NCBI GenBank assembly: GCA_963776345.1
Contig: CAVZMH010000007.1
Location: forward strand, 42,709-106,708
Reading direction: 5' to 3'
Source of the DNA: an uncultured delta proteobacterium
Lineage (GTDB): Bacteria > Myxococcota > Myxococcia > Myxococcales > Myxococcaceae
Length of the DNA stretch: 64,000 bases
The notes beneath the pieces were generated by a model. That model did no database searches. It had not been told where the DNA came from and saw only the letters and a program-made list of their open reading frames with translations. Below, one piece after another: positions 1 to 12,519 of the stretch. Numbering within the stretch: position 1 is the stretch's first letter; each line of letters starts with the position of its first letter. A program made the position numbers and the translations under genes.

Positions 1-1
1 G

Positions 2-3000
2 CCCGACGACCTCCTCGCCTGGGGCGAGCTCTGCGCGCTCCAGCGCCGCCGCGCCGACATGCCCGGCCTGGCCACCGCGCTCGCCGCCCGGGCCCGGGTG
101 GCCGAGGTGCAGGCGGACCCGCGCCTCGCCGCGGGTTGCCTCCGCGAGCTGGCCCAGGTGGAAGAGGCCCGGCTGGGCCGGTTCGGCGAGGCCCTGGTGG
201 CGCTGGAGAAGGCTGCCCGCCTCGACCCGCGCCCCGAGGTGCTGCTCGAGCTCGCCGACCTCTCGCTTCGCTGCGAGCGTCCGGAGCACGCCCGCCGCGC
301 GCTGGAGGACGTCCTGGTCACGCTGCCCCGGACCGGCTCGCCGGAGAAGCTCGCCGAGGTGCGCGCCAAGCTCGGCCAGGCCTGCGAGATGACCGGCGAC
401 CTCGCCGCCGCCGCGGCGCACTACGCCGAGGCGCTGCCCTACCGCCGCGGGGACGACGCCCTCGCCGCGCGGCTCGAGGGGCTCTACGAGAAGCTCGGCC
501 GCTCGAAGGAGCTGGCCGAGGTGTGGGCGCTCCGGGCGCGGCAGCTGCTCGCCGAGGGACGCACCGAGGCGGCCGCCCCTCTGCTCTTCAAGGGCGCCCG
601 GGCGCTGCTCGACTCCGGCCAGCGCGACGCCGCGCACCGGCAGCTCTACGCCGCGCTCGAGGTGGCGCCGCGCGGGCTGCTCGCCGGGCAGATCCTCGAG
701 GCGCTCGCCGAGCTCGAGCTCTCCGCGGGGAACCGCCCCGAGGCCGCCACGCTGCTCGCGCGCCAGGCCGCGCTGATCGCCGACCCGCTCGCCGCCGCCC
801 GGCTCTTCCTCCGCGCCGCCGAGCTGGCGAGGGGCGAGGCCCGCGAGGGTGGGCTGCTCGAGGATGCGCTCCGGCTCGACCCGGCGCTCGCCGCCGCGCG
901 CGTCCGTCGCGCCGAGTTGCACCTCGCCCGCGAGCCGCGCCGCGCGCTGGAGGACCTCGAGGCGGCGCTCTCGCTCGCCCGCGCCAATCCGGCGGTCGTG
1001 CCGCCTGCCGAGCGCAAGCGGCTGGAGCGCCTGGCCGCGGAGAGCGCCGTCCGCGCCGGGGACCCCGAGGCCGCCCGCCGGCACCTCGCCGCCTACGCCG
1101 ACGCCGCCCCCGACGACGTCGACGCGCTCCTCCAGCTCGCCGCCCTGCACCGCAGCGCGGGCGCGGTCGAGGCGCTGGCCGCGCTCCTCCTGGGCCTCTG
1201 GCCACGGCTCTCGGGCGAGCAGGCCCGCGCGGTGTGCAAGGAGCTGGTGGAGCTGTCGCTCGAGCTGCACCGGCCGAGCGAGGCGCTCGACGCGCTCCGC
1301 CGGCTGGTGGAGCTCTCGCCCGACGACGTGTGGGCGCTCGAGACCCTGGTCTCGCTCCTGCCGCCGGCCGTGCCGGGCAGCGACACCGAGGCCCTGGCGC
1401 TTCGCACCCGGCTGGTCGACCTGACCTCCGGCGCCGCGCGGGCGCACCACCGGGTGGAGCGGGCCCGGCTCCTCCGGGCCCGCGGGGACCGCGCCGCCGC
1501 GCGGGAGGAGCTCACCCGCGCCGCCGGCGAGTCGGCCGAGCCCGCGCTGCTCTGGCGCGAGGTGGCGCTGCTCGCCCAGGCCTCGGACGACGCGCCGGGC
1601 GAGGTGGAGGCGTGGCAGCGGGCGCTGGAGCGCGATGGGTCGGTCTCCGCCGAGGCCGCGCCGCGGCTGCTCGCGCTGGGCCGCGGCCTACTGGACAGCC
1701 GGCCGGACCTGGCCGAGGCCGCCCTCCGCGAGGCGAGCCAGCGCGGGGGGGCCGCCGAGGCGCTGGAGGCCTGGCGGTCCCTGTCACGCCTGGAGCGCCG
1801 CCGCGGCCGGATGGAGGCCGCCTCCGAGGCGCTGCTGCGCGCCGCCGAGCTCGCGCCCGAGCCGCTCCGCGCCGACGTCCTGCTCGAGCGCGCCGAGCTC
1901 GCCGAGGAGCGCGGGGACTCCGCCGGCGCCGCGGACAGCTACCGGCGGGTGCTCCAGCTCTCGCCCCGTCATCCGCGGGCGCTCCCCCGGCTCCGCGCGC
2001 TGCTCGAGCACGCGGCCGACTGGCCGTCGGTCGCCGAGCTGCTGGAGCTCGAGGCGGAGCGGGCCCCGCGCGAACGGGCCGCCGCGCTCTTCGCCGAGCT
2101 GGGGACGCTGCTCGATGAGCGGCTGGGTCGCGCCGACGCGGCCGAGGCGGCGCTCCGGCGGTCGGTGCAGCTCGAGCCCGACTCGCCGACGACGCTCGAG
2201 CGGCTGGTCGCCCTGCAGCTCCGCCGTGGCGCCTGGGCCGACGCTTCCCCCTTCCTCTCGCGGCTCCCCTCGCTGCTCCCGGCCGAGCGGGCCGCGGCCC
2301 TGCTCCGGCAGGCGGCGCAGCTCGCGTCCAGCGGGCTCGACGGCGCGGCGGCGCTCGCCCTCCGTCGCCAGGCGCACGGGCTGGTGCCGGCCACCGGCGA
2401 CGAGCTGGCCGAGCTCGCGCTCTCGCTCTATGCCGGTGGCTCGCGCGCCGAGGCGCTCCCGCTCTTCACCGCCGTGGTCTCCGGGCTCGATCGGGGCAGC
2501 CCGCCGGCCCGCGAGGCCGAGGTGCTGCTCGCCCATGCCGACCTGCTCGCCGAGGCGGGCGAGCTCGCGCAGGCCGAGGCGACGCTGCGCCGTCTGGCGG
2601 CCCGCCCCGATGCGCCCGCGGCGGCCGTGGAGCGCCTCGCCGAGCTGCGCGCCCGGACCGACCCGCGCGAGGCCATCGAGCTGCTGGCAAGCCACCAGCT
2701 CCGCCAGCCTCCCTCGGAGGAGGTGGGGCGTGCGCTGCTGACGCTGGCCGAGAGCGCGCGCTCCGAGCTGGCGGACCCCGAGCTGGCCGAGCGCCTCCTG
2801 CTCGGCGCCGCCGCCGCGCTCCCCGAGCCCCTGCCCGCCCACCAGGCCCGCGCCGCGCTGCACCGGGAGACCGGACACACCGGTGCGCTGCTCGAGGCGC
2901 TTCAGGCCACGGCCGACCAGGCCTTCCGCCGGGGAGACTTCGCGCTCGCCTCGCGGTCGCTGGAGGAGCTCGCCGACGTCGCCACCCGGGCCGATCGCCC

Positions 3001-6000
3001 CGAGGACGCGCTCGAGGCGCTGGCCCGGCTCCGGACCGCGCTCGAGGGCGCCGACCGGAGCAAGGACGCCGCGGCGGTGGAGCGCCGCCGGGCGACGCTC
3101 TTCCTCGACGCGCGCGGCGATGCCACCGCGGCGAGCGCGGCGCTCGCCCGGGCGTTCGAGCTCGCTCCCGAGGTCGAGACCGCCACCCAGCTCGCCGACC
3201 TCGCGGCGCGCCGGGGCGATACCCGGGCGCGGGCAGGCTGGCTGCAGCGCAGCGTCCCGCTCCTGCCCACGGCCGAGGCCCGGGCCACCGCGCTGGTCCA
3301 GATCGCCGAGCTGCACGCCGGTCCGCTGGGAGACGAGGCCGGGGCCGAGTCGGTGGTCCGCGACGCGCTGGCCGAGGTCCCGGGCCATCCCGCCGCCGAG
3401 TCGCTGCTGGTGCAGCTGCTCGAGCGTTCGGGACGCGGCGCCGACCTCGCCGCGTACTACGTCGCCGCCGCCCGGAGCCGGACCGAGGGCGCGGCCCGGG
3501 CGCACCTCCTCCGCCGCGCCGCGGGGCTCTATCGCGGCCTCGGCAAGGACGACCAGGCGCTGGACGCGCTCTCCGCCGCGCACGGCTCTGCGCCCGCGGA
3601 CACCTCCATCACCGCCGAGCTCGCCGACCTGCTCGTCTCCCGGAACCAGGACGCGGACGCCGCGCCGTTCGATGCGCTCCTGCTCCAGGCCGACCCCTTC
3701 CATCCCGTCTACCAGCGTCACGCGGCGCGGCTGGCGGCGATGGGCGATCGGATCGCGCTCGGCCGCCTCGAGGTGGCGCGGGCCGAGCGGCAGGTGGGCG
3801 CCGAGGCGGCGCGGAGCTGGCTCGGCGCGGCCGCGGCCCTGCGCGCCGGCGGACGCGAGGACGAGGCGCGCGCCGCCGAGGACCGGGCCTTCGACCACGC
3901 ACCGGAGCTCGATGCTGCCTTCGCCGCGCGCCGTGCCCGGGTCGAGGGCGACGTCCGCGCCCTGGCCGAGCTCCTGGCCCAGCGCGCCCGCGCCGTTCCC
4001 ACCGAGGCGCCCGCGCTGCTCGCCGAGCGCGCCGAGCTGCTCACCCGCGCCGGGGAGGCGCTGCTCGCCGCCGAGGCCTGGGACGAGCTGCTCGGCGTCC
4101 GGCCCGACGAGGTGAAGGCCCTGCTCGCCCGCGGTGACCTGGCGGCCGCCGCGGGCGGACCCACCGCCGCGCAGCCCTACGACCGCCGGGCGCTGCAGCT
4201 CGCCCCCGACCTGCCCACCGCGCAGCGCACCCGGCTCCAGCTCCGGCTGGGCAACGCCGCGCTCTCGGCCGGCGCGCTGCACGACGCCGCCGACGCGCTG
4301 GAGGCGGTGGTGGCCGCCGACCCCGACGGAGAGCGCGGGCGCGAGGCGCTGTCCCTCCTCGCCGAGGTGCACGGGCGCCGGCAGGACGCCCCGGGGCTGT
4401 TCCGCACCTCCGTCCTGCTCGCGCGCGCCGCGCGCCCCGAGGAGGCCGAGGCGCTCTACCGTCGCGCCTCCGCCCTGGTGGAGGACCCCGTCGAGGCGCT
4501 CGAGGCGCTCCTGCCGCTGGCCGAGCTCCGGCCGGCCGAGAGCGCGGTGGTGGACCGCGCGCTGGCCGGGCTGCGCGCCGTCTCCCGCCACGACGAGCTG
4601 CTCGCCCTCCTCGAGCGCGGGGCGCAGGCCTCCGGGGGCTCGCGCGCCGCCGACCTCCTGATGGAGGCGGCCCAGGTGGCGACCGAGGTGTTCCACGACG
4701 AGGCCCGCGCGCTCGCGCTGGTCGAGCGCGCCCACCAGGCCGACCCGGAGAACCTCGCCGCGCTCCGCGCCCTCGCCGAGAGCTACCGCCGCCGCCGCGA
4801 GACCGAGCCGCTGGTCGTCGTCCTCCGCGGGCTGGTCGCGGGCACGCCCCAGAGCGAGGAGTCGGCGCCGCTGAAGCTCGAGCTGGCGCGGCTGCTCCTC
4901 CAGCGTGGCGAGACCGACGAGGCCCGCGGGCTGCTCGAGCCGCTCGCCGCCGGCGGCCGCTCGGGCCCCGGGTACGCCGAGGCTCTCGAGCTGCTGGTCC
5001 CGCTCCTCGACGGCGCGGACGACGCGCTCGCCAGGTCCACCGTGCTCGCCGCCCGCGCCGAGATGGCCCAGGGCTCCGAGCGCGCCCGGCTGCTCTACGA
5101 GGCCGCACGCGCCGCGCAGCAGGCCGGGGACGAGGCGCGGGCCGCCCGGCTCGCCCGGGCCTCGGTGGCCACCGAGGCCAGCCAGGATGCGCTCCTGCTC
5201 CTGGCCAGCCTGATGCGGGACGCGAGCGAGATGGCCAAGGCGGCGGCCTCGCTCACCCAGGCCGCGCAGCTCGCCTCGCCCGAGGACCGCCCCCGGCTGC
5301 TGCTCGAGGCCGCCGACGCGTGGGAGAGCGCGAGAGACCCCGCCGAGGCCCAGGAGCTGCTCGAGCGCGTTGCCCGGCTCCACCCCGAGACGCTCGGGCC
5401 CGGCGCCTGGGCCGCGCGCTTCCTCCGGCTCGGCGCCCGGGCGCCGGCCATCGAGCACGGGTACGAGCCGCTCCTCGCCCAGGGCGCCTTCGCCCAGACG
5501 CTGGAGATCGCCGAGGCGCTCGAGGACGCGCCGCGCATCCGCCAGAGCCTGTGGGGGCTGGCCCAGGCTCCGGCCGGAGCCGAGGCGCTGCGCCGGCTGG
5601 GCAAGCAGCTCCTCCGGGAGGGCACCGGCGCCGAGCGGCAAGCCTGCGCCGAGCTCGCCGAGTCGCGCCGGGCGATGGACCTCGCGGTCGCGCTCCACCG
5701 GGCCATCCTCCTCTCGCCGGCAGCCGAGGCCTCGGACGAGGAGCGGCTTCGCGCGCTCCAGCGGCTCCAGGCGCTGGGCGAGCTGAACTCGTCGCTCCTC
5801 GAGGCGCTGGAGCGGGTCGACGCCAGCACCTCGCCGGCGCTGGTGGAGGCGCTGCTCCAGCAGCTCCGCAACCGCCGCGGCGCCGAGCGGGAGCGCGGCC
5901 TGCGCCTCCTCGCCGCGCGGGCGCCGTCCCGGGCCGCCGAGCTGTGGCAGGCGCTGTTCGAGCAGGCGCGCGACGACAATCGGCTCGAGGATGCCGCCTC

Positions 6001-7267
6001 GGCGCTCGCGGGCTGGGTGGAGGCCACGCCGGATCCGGTGCAGCGGGCCGGGCTCCGGGTCCAGGCCGGGGACCTGGCGCTGGCGATCGGATGGACCGAC
6101 GCCGCCCGCGCCACCTGGGCCCAGGCCGCGGCCGAGGACCCGACGTCGGTGCAGGCCGCGAGCAAGCTCCTGGCCCTCACCTCGGCGGAGGCGGATCCGG
6201 CCGAGTTCGCCGAGCTGGCCGAGCGGCTGAGCTCGCTGGCCGGCGACGAGGCGCTCAACGGCCGGCAGGACGAGCTGGTGCTCGCCTACGTCCGGCTGGG
6301 CCGGGCCGCCGACGCGCTGGGCGTCCTGGCGCAGCTCCCGGCCACCGAGGGGCGGATCCGCCAGCGGGCGGAGCTCGCCGAGTCGCTCGGCCGTACGCAG
6401 GAGGCGCTCGCGCTCCGCGAGCAGCTGGCGCACACCCCCGAGGAACGCGAGGCCCTGGCGCTCGGCGCGCTCCGGGCGGGACGCCACGCCGACGTGGTTC
6501 GCATCCTCGCCCCGATGCGCTCGGCGGAGTCGCTGTCGCCCGCGTCGCGGCGCGAGTTCGCCGCCGCCCTGGCCCCGACCGAGGTGGGCGCGCCACTGGC
6601 GGTGCAGCTCTGGACGCTCCTGCTCTCGGAGAATCCGGTGGATGCCGAGGGCTGGGCGCTGCACGCCGAGGCGCTCCGGCGCTCGGGACGTCCCGAGGCG
6701 GCCACCCGCTCGGTGGCCTTCGGAAACCTCTTCGCCGGCGAGGAGACGGCCTCCGCGCCGGTCCCCGTGGAGCCCGTCGCCCGGGGGGCGGTACGCAGCT
6801 CGGTCACCCTGCCTGGCGGCGTGCTGGCAATCACCGCCGAGGAGATGCCGACCCTCCGCACCGTGCTGGAGGAGGCGCTCGCCGCGCTCGGGGCGCCGGA
6901 GGTCCAGGTCTGGCTGGATCCGGCCGGGGCCTCCGAGGCCTGGCTCTCCGGGCCGAACGACCTGGTGCTGGGCGCCGGAGCGCTCTCGGTGTTCGGTCCG
7001 CTGGAGATCAACTTCCTGGTCGCGCTCGCCCTCGCGCTCGGTGACCAGGGACAGGCGCTGACCTGGCCGGGCGAGGTGCCCGGGCTCGAGGCGGCCGCGG
7101 CGGCGGCGTTCTCCGCCGTTCCCTCTCCGGGAGCCGCGGCGAGGGTGCTCCTCTGGCTGGATCCGGTGGCGCGCGGCGCCGACGTCGACACGGTGGATCC
7201 GGCCGCGGTGCTGACCGGGAGCGCGGCGCTCGCCGCCGTGGTCCAGCGCGCGCTCCAGCTCGTGTAA
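2..7267 (+). CDS. Giant TPR/alpha-solenoid protein (>2400 aa, probably 5'-truncated by the window edge), myxobacterial type
   Basis: Frame is open from base 2 to TAA at 7265-7267. Ala/Leu/Glu/Arg-rich TPR-like helices throughout (e.g. [22 protein letters not shown]), strong GC3 bias. Confidence 0.85.
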   Translation, partial: PDDLLAWGELCALQRRRADMPGLATALAARARVAEVQADPRLAAGCLRELAQVEEARLGRFGEALVALEKAARLDPRPEVLLELADLSLRCERPEHARRALEDVLVTLPRTGSPEKLAEVRAKLGQACEMTGDLAAAAAHYAEALPYRRGDDALAARLEGLYEKLGRSKELAEVWALRARQLLAEGRTEAAAPLLFKGARALLDSGQRDAAHRQLYAALEVAPRGLLAGQILEALAELELSAGNRPEAATLLARQAALIADPLAAARLFLRAAELARGEAREGGLLEDALRLDPALAAARVRRAELHLAREPRRALEDLEAALSLARANPAVVPPAERKRLERLAAESAVRAGDPEAARRHLAAYADAAPDDVDALLQLAALHRSAGAVEALAALLLGLWPRLSGEQARAVCKELVELSLELHRPSEALDALRRLVELSPDDVWALETLVSLLPPAVPGSDTEALALRTRLVDLTSGAARAHHRVERARLLRARGDRAAAREELTRAAGESAEPALLWREVALLAQASDDAPGEVEAWQRALERDGSVSAEAAPRLLALGRGLLDSRPDLAEAALREASQRGGAAEALEAWRSLSRLERRRGRMEAASEALLRAAELAPEPLRADVLLERAELAEERGDSAGAADSYRRVLQLSPRHPRALPRLRALLEHAADWPSVAELLELEAERAPRERAAALFAELGTLLDERLGRADAAEAALRRSVQLEPDSPTTLERLVALQLRRGAWADASPFLSRLPSLLPAERAAALLRQAAQLASSGLDGAAALALRRQAHGLVPATGDELAELALSLYAGGSRAEALPLFTAVVSGLDRGSPPAREAEVLLAHADLLAEAGELAQAEATLRRLAARPDAPAAAVERLAELRARTDPREAIELLASHQLRQPPSEEVGRALLTLAESARSELADPELAERLLLGAAAALPEPLPAHQARAALHRETGHTGALLEALQATADQAFRRGDFALASRSLEELADVATRADRPEDALEALARLRTALEGADRSKDAAAVERRRATLFLDARGDATAASAALARAFELAPEVETATQLADLAARRGDTRARAGWLQRSVPLLPTAEARATALVQIAELHAGPLGDEAGAESVVRDALAEVPGHPAAESLLVQLLERSGRGADLAAYYVAAARSRTEGAARAHLLRRAAGLYRGLGKDDQALDALSAAHGSAPADTSITAELADLLVSRNQDADAAPFDALLLQADPFHPVYQRHAARLAAMGDRIALGRLEVARAERQVGAEAARSWLGAAAALRAGGREDEARAAEDRAFDHAPELDAAFAARRARVEGDVRALAELLAQRARAVPTEAPALLAERAELLTRAGEALLAAEAWDELLGVRPDEVKALLARGDLAAAAGGPTAAQPYDRRALQLAPDLPTAQRTRLQLRLGNAALSAGALHDAADALEAVVAADPDGERGREALSLLAEVHGRRQDAPGLFRTSVLLARAARPEEAEALYRRASALVEDPVEALEALLPLAELRPAESAVVDRALAGLRAVSRHDELLALLERGAQASGGSRAADLLMEAAQVATEVFHDEARALALVERAHQADPENLAALRALAESYRRRRETEPLVVVLRGLVAGTPQSEESAPLKLELARLLLQRGETDEARGLLEPLAAGGRSGPGYAEALELLVPLLDGADDALARSTVLAARAEMAQGSERARLLYEAARAAQQAGDEARAARLARASVATEASQDALLLLASLMRDASEMAKAAASLTQAAQLASPEDRPRLLLEAADAWESARDPAEAQELLERVARLHPETLGPGAWAARFLRLGARAPAIEHGYEPLLAQGAFAQTLEIAEALEDAPRIRQSLWGLAQAPAGAEALRRLGKQLLREGTGAERQACAELAESRRAMDLAVALHRAILLSPAAEASDEERLRALQRLQALGELNSSLLEALERVDASTSPALVEALLQQLRNRRGAERERGLRLLAARAPSRAAELWQALFEQARDDNRLEDAASALAGWVEATPDPVQRAGLRVQAGDLALAIGWTDAARATWAQAAAEDPTSVQAASKLLALTSAEADPAEFAELAERLSSLAGDEALNGRQDELVLAYVRLGRAADALGVLAQLPATEGRIRQRAELAESLGRTQEALALREQLAHTPEEREALALGALRAGRHADVVRILAPMRSAESLSPASRREFAAALAPTEVGAPLAVQLWTLLLSENPVDAEGWALHAEALRRSGRPEAATRSVAFGNLFAGEETASAPVPVEPVARGAVRSSVTLPGGVLAITAEEMPTLRTVLEEALAALGAPEVQVWLDPAGASEAWLSGPNDLVLGAGALSVFGPLEINFLVALALALGDQGQALTWPGEVPGLEAAAAAAFSAVPSPGAAARVLLWLDPVARGADVDTVDPAAVLTGSAALAAVVQRALQLV

Positions 7268-7282
7268 GGTCAGCGGCCGATC

Positions 7283-7996
7283 GTGGTCCGTCCTTCGTCG
7301 CTCCTTCCGTTCGCCCTCCTCGGCGCGTCCCTCCTCGCCTGCAAGAGCGAGGTCCCGGTCCCGGGCAAGGAGCGCGTCGGGACGTTCCTGTTGCAGTCGG
7401 TGGGGGACCCGCTCCTCAACGACTGCTCACCGTTCATCCTCGACGCGGGGGTGGACGCGGGCGCGCTCGGCGGCACCTTCGTCGACGCCGGGGTCATCCT
7501 CTCGGTCACCTACAACAGGACCACCGCGCCGGACGGCGGGACGCAGGGCCCCGACGGCGGGCCCATCGAGCCGTACGACGGGGGCTACCTCACCTTCGTC
7601 GAGGGCTCGGGCTCGCAGTACGGGGTCATCGTCGGCCAGTTCATCGACGTGTCCGCCATCGCGCCGCGCGTCTTCTCGCTCTGCGGCTGCAGCGGGCTCG
7701 ACCCGCCAGACATCCAGGTCGAGGAGCGGCACGTCATCGCCCTGCTCAGCGACTCGCAGGCCCGCGCGCTCGGGTCGGTGTCGACCTGCGCCTCGCCCGA
7801 GGTGCTGCTCGACGGCGGCATCCCCGCGGTGGGCGGGAGCATCACCGGCCCGCGCGACCAGAACGGCGTGTGGACCGTGCCGCTGGTCTGCGGCGTGACC
7901 GAGGAGCGAGTCCAGGTGCTCGGGGCGGCCTGCAGCGCCGAGTGCCTCTCCTGCACCCTTCGCTTCTTCATCCAGGGAAGGCCGCTCTCCCAGTGA
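7283..7996 (+). CDS. Cys-rich putative lipoprotein
   Basis: Hydrophobic N-terminus ending LLAC (lipobox-like), several PDGG/DAG motifs. Stop overlaps the queC start (GTGA). Confidence 0.7.
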   Translation: MVRPSSLLPFALLGASLLACKSEVPVPGKERVGTFLLQSVGDPLLNDCSPFILDAGVDAGALGGTFVDAGVILSVTYNRTTAPDGGTQGPDGGPIEPYDGGYLTFVEGSGSQYGVIVGQFIDVSAIAPRVFSLCGCSGLDPPDIQVEERHVIALLSDSQARALGSVSTCASPEVLLDGGIPAVGGSITGPRDQNGVWTVPLVCGVTEERVQVLGAACSAECLSCTLRFFIQGRPLSQ

Positions 7997-8682
7997 GCGC
8001 GCCGCGGGCCGTGGTCCTGCTGTCGGGGGGCCTCGACTCGGCCACCTGCCTGGCCATGGCCCGGAGCGAGGGCTTCCTCTGCAGCTGCCTGCTGGTGGAC
8101 TACGGGCAGCGGCACCGGGTGGAGCTCGAGCGGGCGCGGGTGGTCGCCCGGGTGCAGGGGGTGGAGGACGTGCGCGTCGTCCAGGTGGACCTCCGGGCCA
8201 TCGGCGGCTCGGCGCTGACCGCGGACCTCGCCGTCCCGAAGGACCGGCCGGAGGCGGAGCGCGGGGCCGGCATCCCGGTGACCTACGTCCCGGCGCGCAA
8301 CACGCTCTTCCTCGCCCTGGCGCTGGGGATGGCCGAGACGCTCGGGGCCACCGACCTCTTCATCGGGGTGAACGCGGTGGACTACTCGGGGTACCCGGAC
8401 TGCCGGCCCGAGTTCATCCGCGCCTTCGAGGCGCTGGCCAACCTCGCCACGCGGGCGGGGGTGGAGGGCGCGCGGTTCCGGGTGCACGCGCCGCTCTCGG
8501 GGATGCGGAAGGCGGAGATCATCCAGGCCGGCGTGCGGCTGGGCGTGGACCATGGGCTCACCCACAGCTGCTACGACCCGGACCCGGCAGGCCGGGCCTG
8601 CGGGCGCTGCGACAGCTGTCTCATCCGCCGCGACGGCTTCCGGGCGGCCGGGGTGCCGGACCCGACGCGGTACGCGCCGTGA
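7993..8682 (+). CDS. queC: 7-cyano-7-deazaguanine synthase
   Basis: [34 protein letters not shown] and CGRCDSC motifs. GTG start at 7993. Confidence 0.95.
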   Translation: MSAPRAVVLLSGGLDSATCLAMARSEGFLCSCLLVDYGQRHRVELERARVVARVQGVEDVRVVQVDLRAIGGSALTADLAVPKDRPEAERGAGIPVTYVPARNTLFLALALGMAETLGATDLFIGVNAVDYSGYPDCRPEFIRAFEALANLATRAGVEGARFRVHAPLSGMRKAEIIQAGVRLGVDHGLTHSCYDPDPAGRACGRCDSCLIRRDGFRAAGVPDPTRYAP

Positions 8683-9293
8683 GCCGGTCGCTCCTCGTCG
8701 CCCTGGCGGGGCTCGCGCTCGGCGGCCGGGATGCGGGGGCTCCCGGAGGCCTGGTGGAGGCGAGCGCGCGGGTCCCGGGCCTGGTGGTCGAGCTGCGCTA
8801 CGCGACCGAGGAGAACTTCCTCGGCAAGGCGGTGTACCCCGAGGGGGCGCGCTGTCTCCTGCTGGCCGGGGTGGCCGAGCGGCTGGCGCAGGCAGCGCGG
8901 ACGCTGGAGGCGCACGGGTACCGGCTGAAGGCCTGGGACTGCTACCGGCCGATCCACGTGCAGTGGGCGATGTGGAAGCTCGTCCCGCGGAGAGGGTACG
9001 TGGCGGACCCCCACACCGGCAGCAACCACAACCGGGGCGCCGCGGTGGACGTGACGCTGGCCACGCCCGAGGGCGAGCCGGTGGAGATGCCCACGCCGTT
9101 CGATACCTTCGGCCCGGCCGCGCACCACGGGAGCAGCGCCGGAACGCCGGAGGCGCGGGCGAATCGCGAGACGCTGCGCCAGGCGATGGTGCAGGCGGGC
9201 TTCCGCGCCAACCGGATGGAGTGGTGGCACTACGACGCCCCCGAGGGCCGGGGCGCCCCGGTGCTCGACGTGCCGCTCGGGCCCGCCGACTAG
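8679..9293 (+). CDS. ddpX: D-alanyl-D-alanine dipeptidase (M15D, VanX/DdpX family) with signal peptide
   Basis: [34 protein letters not shown] and EWWHY motifs. Confidence 0.9.
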   Translation: MSRSLLVALAGLALGGRDAGAPGGLVEASARVPGLVVELRYATEENFLGKAVYPEGARCLLLAGVAERLAQAARTLEAHGYRLKAWDCYRPIHVQWAMWKLVPRRGYVADPHTGSNHNRGAAVDVTLATPEGEPVEMPTPFDTFGPAAHHGSSAGTPEARANRETLRQAMVQAGFRANRMEWWHYDAPEGRGAPVLDVPLGPAD

Positions 9294-9327
9294 CCCGGAG
9301 AGGCCCCGGTGCCACTAGGCTGCGCCG

Positions 9328-10707
9328 GTGCTCGAGGTGCTCAGGTCCCATCCGGTGGCGGTGGCCGTCCACCTGCTCGGGGTCATCCTTGCCTTGCGCG
9401 TCCTGGTCACCCGGCGGACCCCGCAGAGCCTGATCGCGTGGATGCTGGGGCTGCTCGCCCTCCCCTGGGTGGCGATCCCGCTCTTCCTGCTCTTCGGGGC
9501 CCGCAAGCTGCCGCGAAAGGTGCGCGGAAAGCACGCTCCGCTCCTGCCGCCGGGCGGGCACGCGGCGCTGCCGGACGGACATCCGGCGGCCGACGTGCCG
9601 CGGGTGCTCCGGACCGAGGGAGTCCCGGGGGTGCGCGACGGGAACGCCTTCGAGCTCCTGGGAACCGGCGAGCGCGCCTACGCGGCCCTGCACGCGGCCA
9701 TCGCCGCCGCCCGGCGGAGCATCGACCTCACCGTGTTCATCCTCGGCGACGACGAGGTGGGCTGGGGCATGCTACGCGCGCTGGCCGACCGCGCGCGGGC
9801 CGGTGCCCGCGTCCGTGTGCTGATCGACGGCGTGGGCTCGCGCAGCATCCGCCGGCGGGCCGGGCGCGAGCTGAGGGCCGCGGGAGGCGAGCTGCGGGTC
9901 TTCATGCCGCTCCTCCACGCGCCGCTGAAGGGGCGCACCAACCTCCGGAGCCACCGGAAGGTCGCGGTGTTCGACGGGCGCCGGGTCTTCATGGGCGGGA
10001 TGAACCTCGCGCTCGACTACATGGGGCCCACCCCGAGACCCGATCGCTGGCGGGACCTGGCGTGCCTTCTCGAGGGACCGGTGGCGAGCGACGCCGAGCA
10101 GCTCTTCGCCGCGGACTGGGCGTTCGCCGGGGGGCAAGAGCTGGGTCCGGCCGAGGTCCCGCCGCCGGCGGGGAGCGCGGTGGTGCAGCTCGTGCCCAGC
10201 GGCCCGGAGATGAAGACCGACACCTTCTACGACGCGCTGCTCACCGCGCTGTACTCGGCCCGGAGCCACGTGGCGTGCGTCACGCCCTACTACGTCCCGG
10301 ACGACGTGGTGCAGCACGCCTTCGTCCTCTGCGCCCGCCGCGGCGTGCGGACCGAGCTGGTGATGCCCGCGCGCTCCAACCACGCGCTCGCCGACAACGC
10401 CCGGCGCGGGCTGGTGGCCGAGCTGGCCGAGGCCGGGGTGGTGCTCCACTGGTACGGCCGGATGGTGCATGGAAAGGCGATGGTGGTCGACGACGCCGTC
10501 GCCTACCTCGGCTCTCCCAACCTCGACATGCGGAGCTTCTTCCTCAACTACGAGGACGCGCTGCTCCTGTACTCGCCGCCGGAGATCGCCGCGGTCCGAG
10601 GGTGGATCGCCGCGCTGGCGGACGAGAGCTCCACGACGCAGAGCCCACCCAGCCGGCGCTGGTGGCTCATCGAGGACTTCGCCCGGTTGATGGCACCGGA
10701 GCTCTGA
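9328..10707 (+). CDS. cls: Cardiolipin synthase (phospholipase D family)
   Basis: Two N-terminal TM helices, two HKD motifs (HRKVAVFD, HGKAMVVD) and GSPNLDMRSFFLNYE. Confidence 0.9.
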   Translation: MLEVLRSHPVAVAVHLLGVILALRVLVTRRTPQSLIAWMLGLLALPWVAIPLFLLFGARKLPRKVRGKHAPLLPPGGHAALPDGHPAADVPRVLRTEGVPGVRDGNAFELLGTGERAYAALHAAIAAARRSIDLTVFILGDDEVGWGMLRALADRARAGARVRVLIDGVGSRSIRRRAGRELRAAGGELRVFMPLLHAPLKGRTNLRSHRKVAVFDGRRVFMGGMNLALDYMGPTPRPDRWRDLACLLEGPVASDAEQLFAADWAFAGGQELGPAEVPPPAGSAVVQLVPSGPEMKTDTFYDALLTALYSARSHVACVTPYYVPDDVVQHAFVLCARRGVRTELVMPARSNHALADNARRGLVAELAEAGVVLHWYGRMVHGKAMVVDDAVAYLGSPNLDMRSFFLNYEDALLLYSPPEIAAVRGWIAALADESSTTQSPPSRRWWLIEDFARLMAPEL

Positions 10708-10783
10708 GCGGCGCTCTTCCTCCTGGACTCCCGCTCCGAGGAGCTCGATCATCGGAGCCTGCAGCGCGGACAAGGGGGGTTCC

Positions 10784-11902
10784 ATGCGTGCATCGTTCCT
10801 CTGGGTTCTCTCGGCCGCGCTGGCCCTCGTGGCGTGCGGCAACGAGGAGCCTCCCTGCGAGGCGCCCGATGGTTGCCTCGCCATGAGCCGGATCGCGGGC
10901 TCGTGCCAGTGCCTCGACTGGAAGGTCGTCTCGGACGAGATCGTGCCCCTGAAGTTCCTGGTGACGGGCGTGCTCGCCACGCCGCCGGGAAACCAGAGCG
11001 GGGTGTCCTACGGAGACGCCTCGCTCATCGGCCCCGGGAACCCGCCGGGCAAGTCGCAGCTCGGGACGCGGCTCCGGGCCGTGCTCCGGGACGCATCGGG
11101 CAAGCGCACCGTCCTCTCGGCGGAGGTGCCGAGCGTCGCGGGGCAGGGGCAGTACACGCTGACGGCGCTCGGTGGGACGACGCTCGCGGTCGGGATGGCG
11201 CCCGGGAACGGCATCGGCCTGGGGAACGTCCTGGACATCTACCCGCCGACCGCCCACCGGGTGATGGTCTGGGTGAATCCGGCGCTACGGATCGTCCGGG
11301 ACGCCGGCGGACACATGCGCGGCATCTGGGGGTGGAGCGGAACCTGCTTCTGGCCCGAGGGAGCGAGTGGAGGCTCCGGGACGTGCTCGGCGCCGAACGT
11401 GTTCATGGTCACGCTCGATCGAGATCGCCGGGAACGTCGCAGAACCCTTTCCCGTGGGAGGCCGCGTTCCTGGGCACGCTCACGCAGTCCGAGCGCGCCG
11501 CGATCCTCGCGTACGACGGGCTCTCGGGGGTCCCGTTCTTCCCGACGGCTGCCCGAGCTGGACGCGGATCCGCGGTTCCTTCGCCTCGCGGAGGTGAACG
11601 TCGATCCCCTCGGGTCACACTTCCCGGACCCGGTCCAGTGGACTCCCTGTTCCTCGGTGGCGAGGGATGAGGACTTCCCGGTGCTCGCCACGACGGAGAT
11701 CCCGCTCTCGGCCACGGAGAGCGTGCTGATCGAGCACAGCTGGCTGTCGACGACGCTGGACTGCACGACCCAGACACTGGGCCTCTTCGCGGGGACGAGC
11801 ACTCCCGGATGCCAGCTGGACGCGATCGCCTACGTGGACCGGATGTTCGGGACCCTGGCGTTTCTGCCCGTCGGCAGCCGGGCGGCGTGCACCGTTCCCT
11901 GA
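10784..11902 (+). CDS. Cys-rich putative lipoprotein with an internal stretch shifted out of frame by three +1 bases
   Basis: Lipobox LVAC. Residues encoded at about 11420-11553 are Arg/Ser nonsense, while other frames read EIAG / TSQNPFPWEAAFLGTLTQSERAAILAYDGLSGVPFFPTA. Confidence 0.65.
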   Translation: MRASFLWVLSAALALVACGNEEPPCEAPDGCLAMSRIAGSCQCLDWKVVSDEIVPLKFLVTGVLATPPGNQSGVSYGDASLIGPGNPPGKSQLGTRLRAVLRDASGKRTVLSAEVPSVAGQGQYTLTALGGTTLAVGMAPGNGIGLGNVLDIYPPTAHRVMVWVNPALRIVRDAGGHMRGIWGWSGTCFWPEGASGGSGTCSAPNVFMVTLDRDRRERRRTLSRGRPRSWARSRSPSAPRSSRTTGSRGSRSSRRLPELDADPRFLRLAEVNVDPLGSHFPDPVQWTPCSSVARDEDFPVLATTEIPLSATESVLIEHSWLSTTLDCTTQTLGLFAGTSTPGCQLDAIAYVDRMFGTLAFLPVGSRAACTVP

Positions 11903-11973
11903 GCCGCGGACCTCCAGCGTCCGGTGACGGCCGTGCGCGTGGATTTGCCGCACCCCGGCTAGACTGCGGCCGC

Positions 11974-12360
11974 GTGAAACACTTCGCGATGCTCGTCGTT
12001 GCCGGCGTGTTGCTCCTCGCATCCGTGGCGCTGGCCAAGCGCGTGGCCCCACCCGAGGTGAAGCCGCTCGTGCACCAGGGCGTCACGTATCGCGCGGGTC
12101 ACGCCAGGGACGCGCACGGGAACCGGGGCACGGTGGAGGCCGTGGATGCGAGCACCGGGAAGCGGCTGTGGATCGTCACCGTGTACGAGATCCCCTACAA
12201 GGCGGGGCTCGAGACCGACGTGCAGGACGTGTTCATCAAGAGCCTCGCCATCGACGACGGGTGCTTGCGGGTCACGGACGAACGCGGCAAGAGCTACTGC
12301 GTCGAGCGCGAGACGGGTGCGGTGCACCGGGTGATCTCGCCGCACGACGCTGGCGTCTGA
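11974..12360 (+). CDS. Small secreted protein, single PQQ-propeller-like motif
   Basis: Signal peptide (..LLLASVALA) followed by KRVAPPEVKPLVH and VEAVDASTGKRLW. Confidence 0.7.
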   Translation: MKHFAMLVVAGVLLLASVALAKRVAPPEVKPLVHQGVTYRAGHARDAHGNRGTVEAVDASTGKRLWIVTVYEIPYKAGLETDVQDVFIKSLAIDDGCLRVTDERGKSYCVERETGAVHRVISPHDAGV

Positions 12361-12519
12361 ACGCGGCTCGGCGGGCGGCCACGAGCACCTCGGCGGGCAG
12401 AAGCCGGACGTCGAGCGAGGCATGCAGCCGGCCTCGCCAGATGTGACTCGTCCTCGAGCGTCGATGCGCGGGGCCGACTCCGTGCTCCCGGTCGTCGCGC
12501 CCGAGCCCGAACGCCTGGG

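Noticed and set aside
1784..6664. 1626-aa antisense ORF and the many other long overlapping ORFs in the track
   Set aside because: Shadow frames caused by high GC and few stop codons. They are Arg/Pro/Gly-rich with no motifs and overlap well-supported genes.
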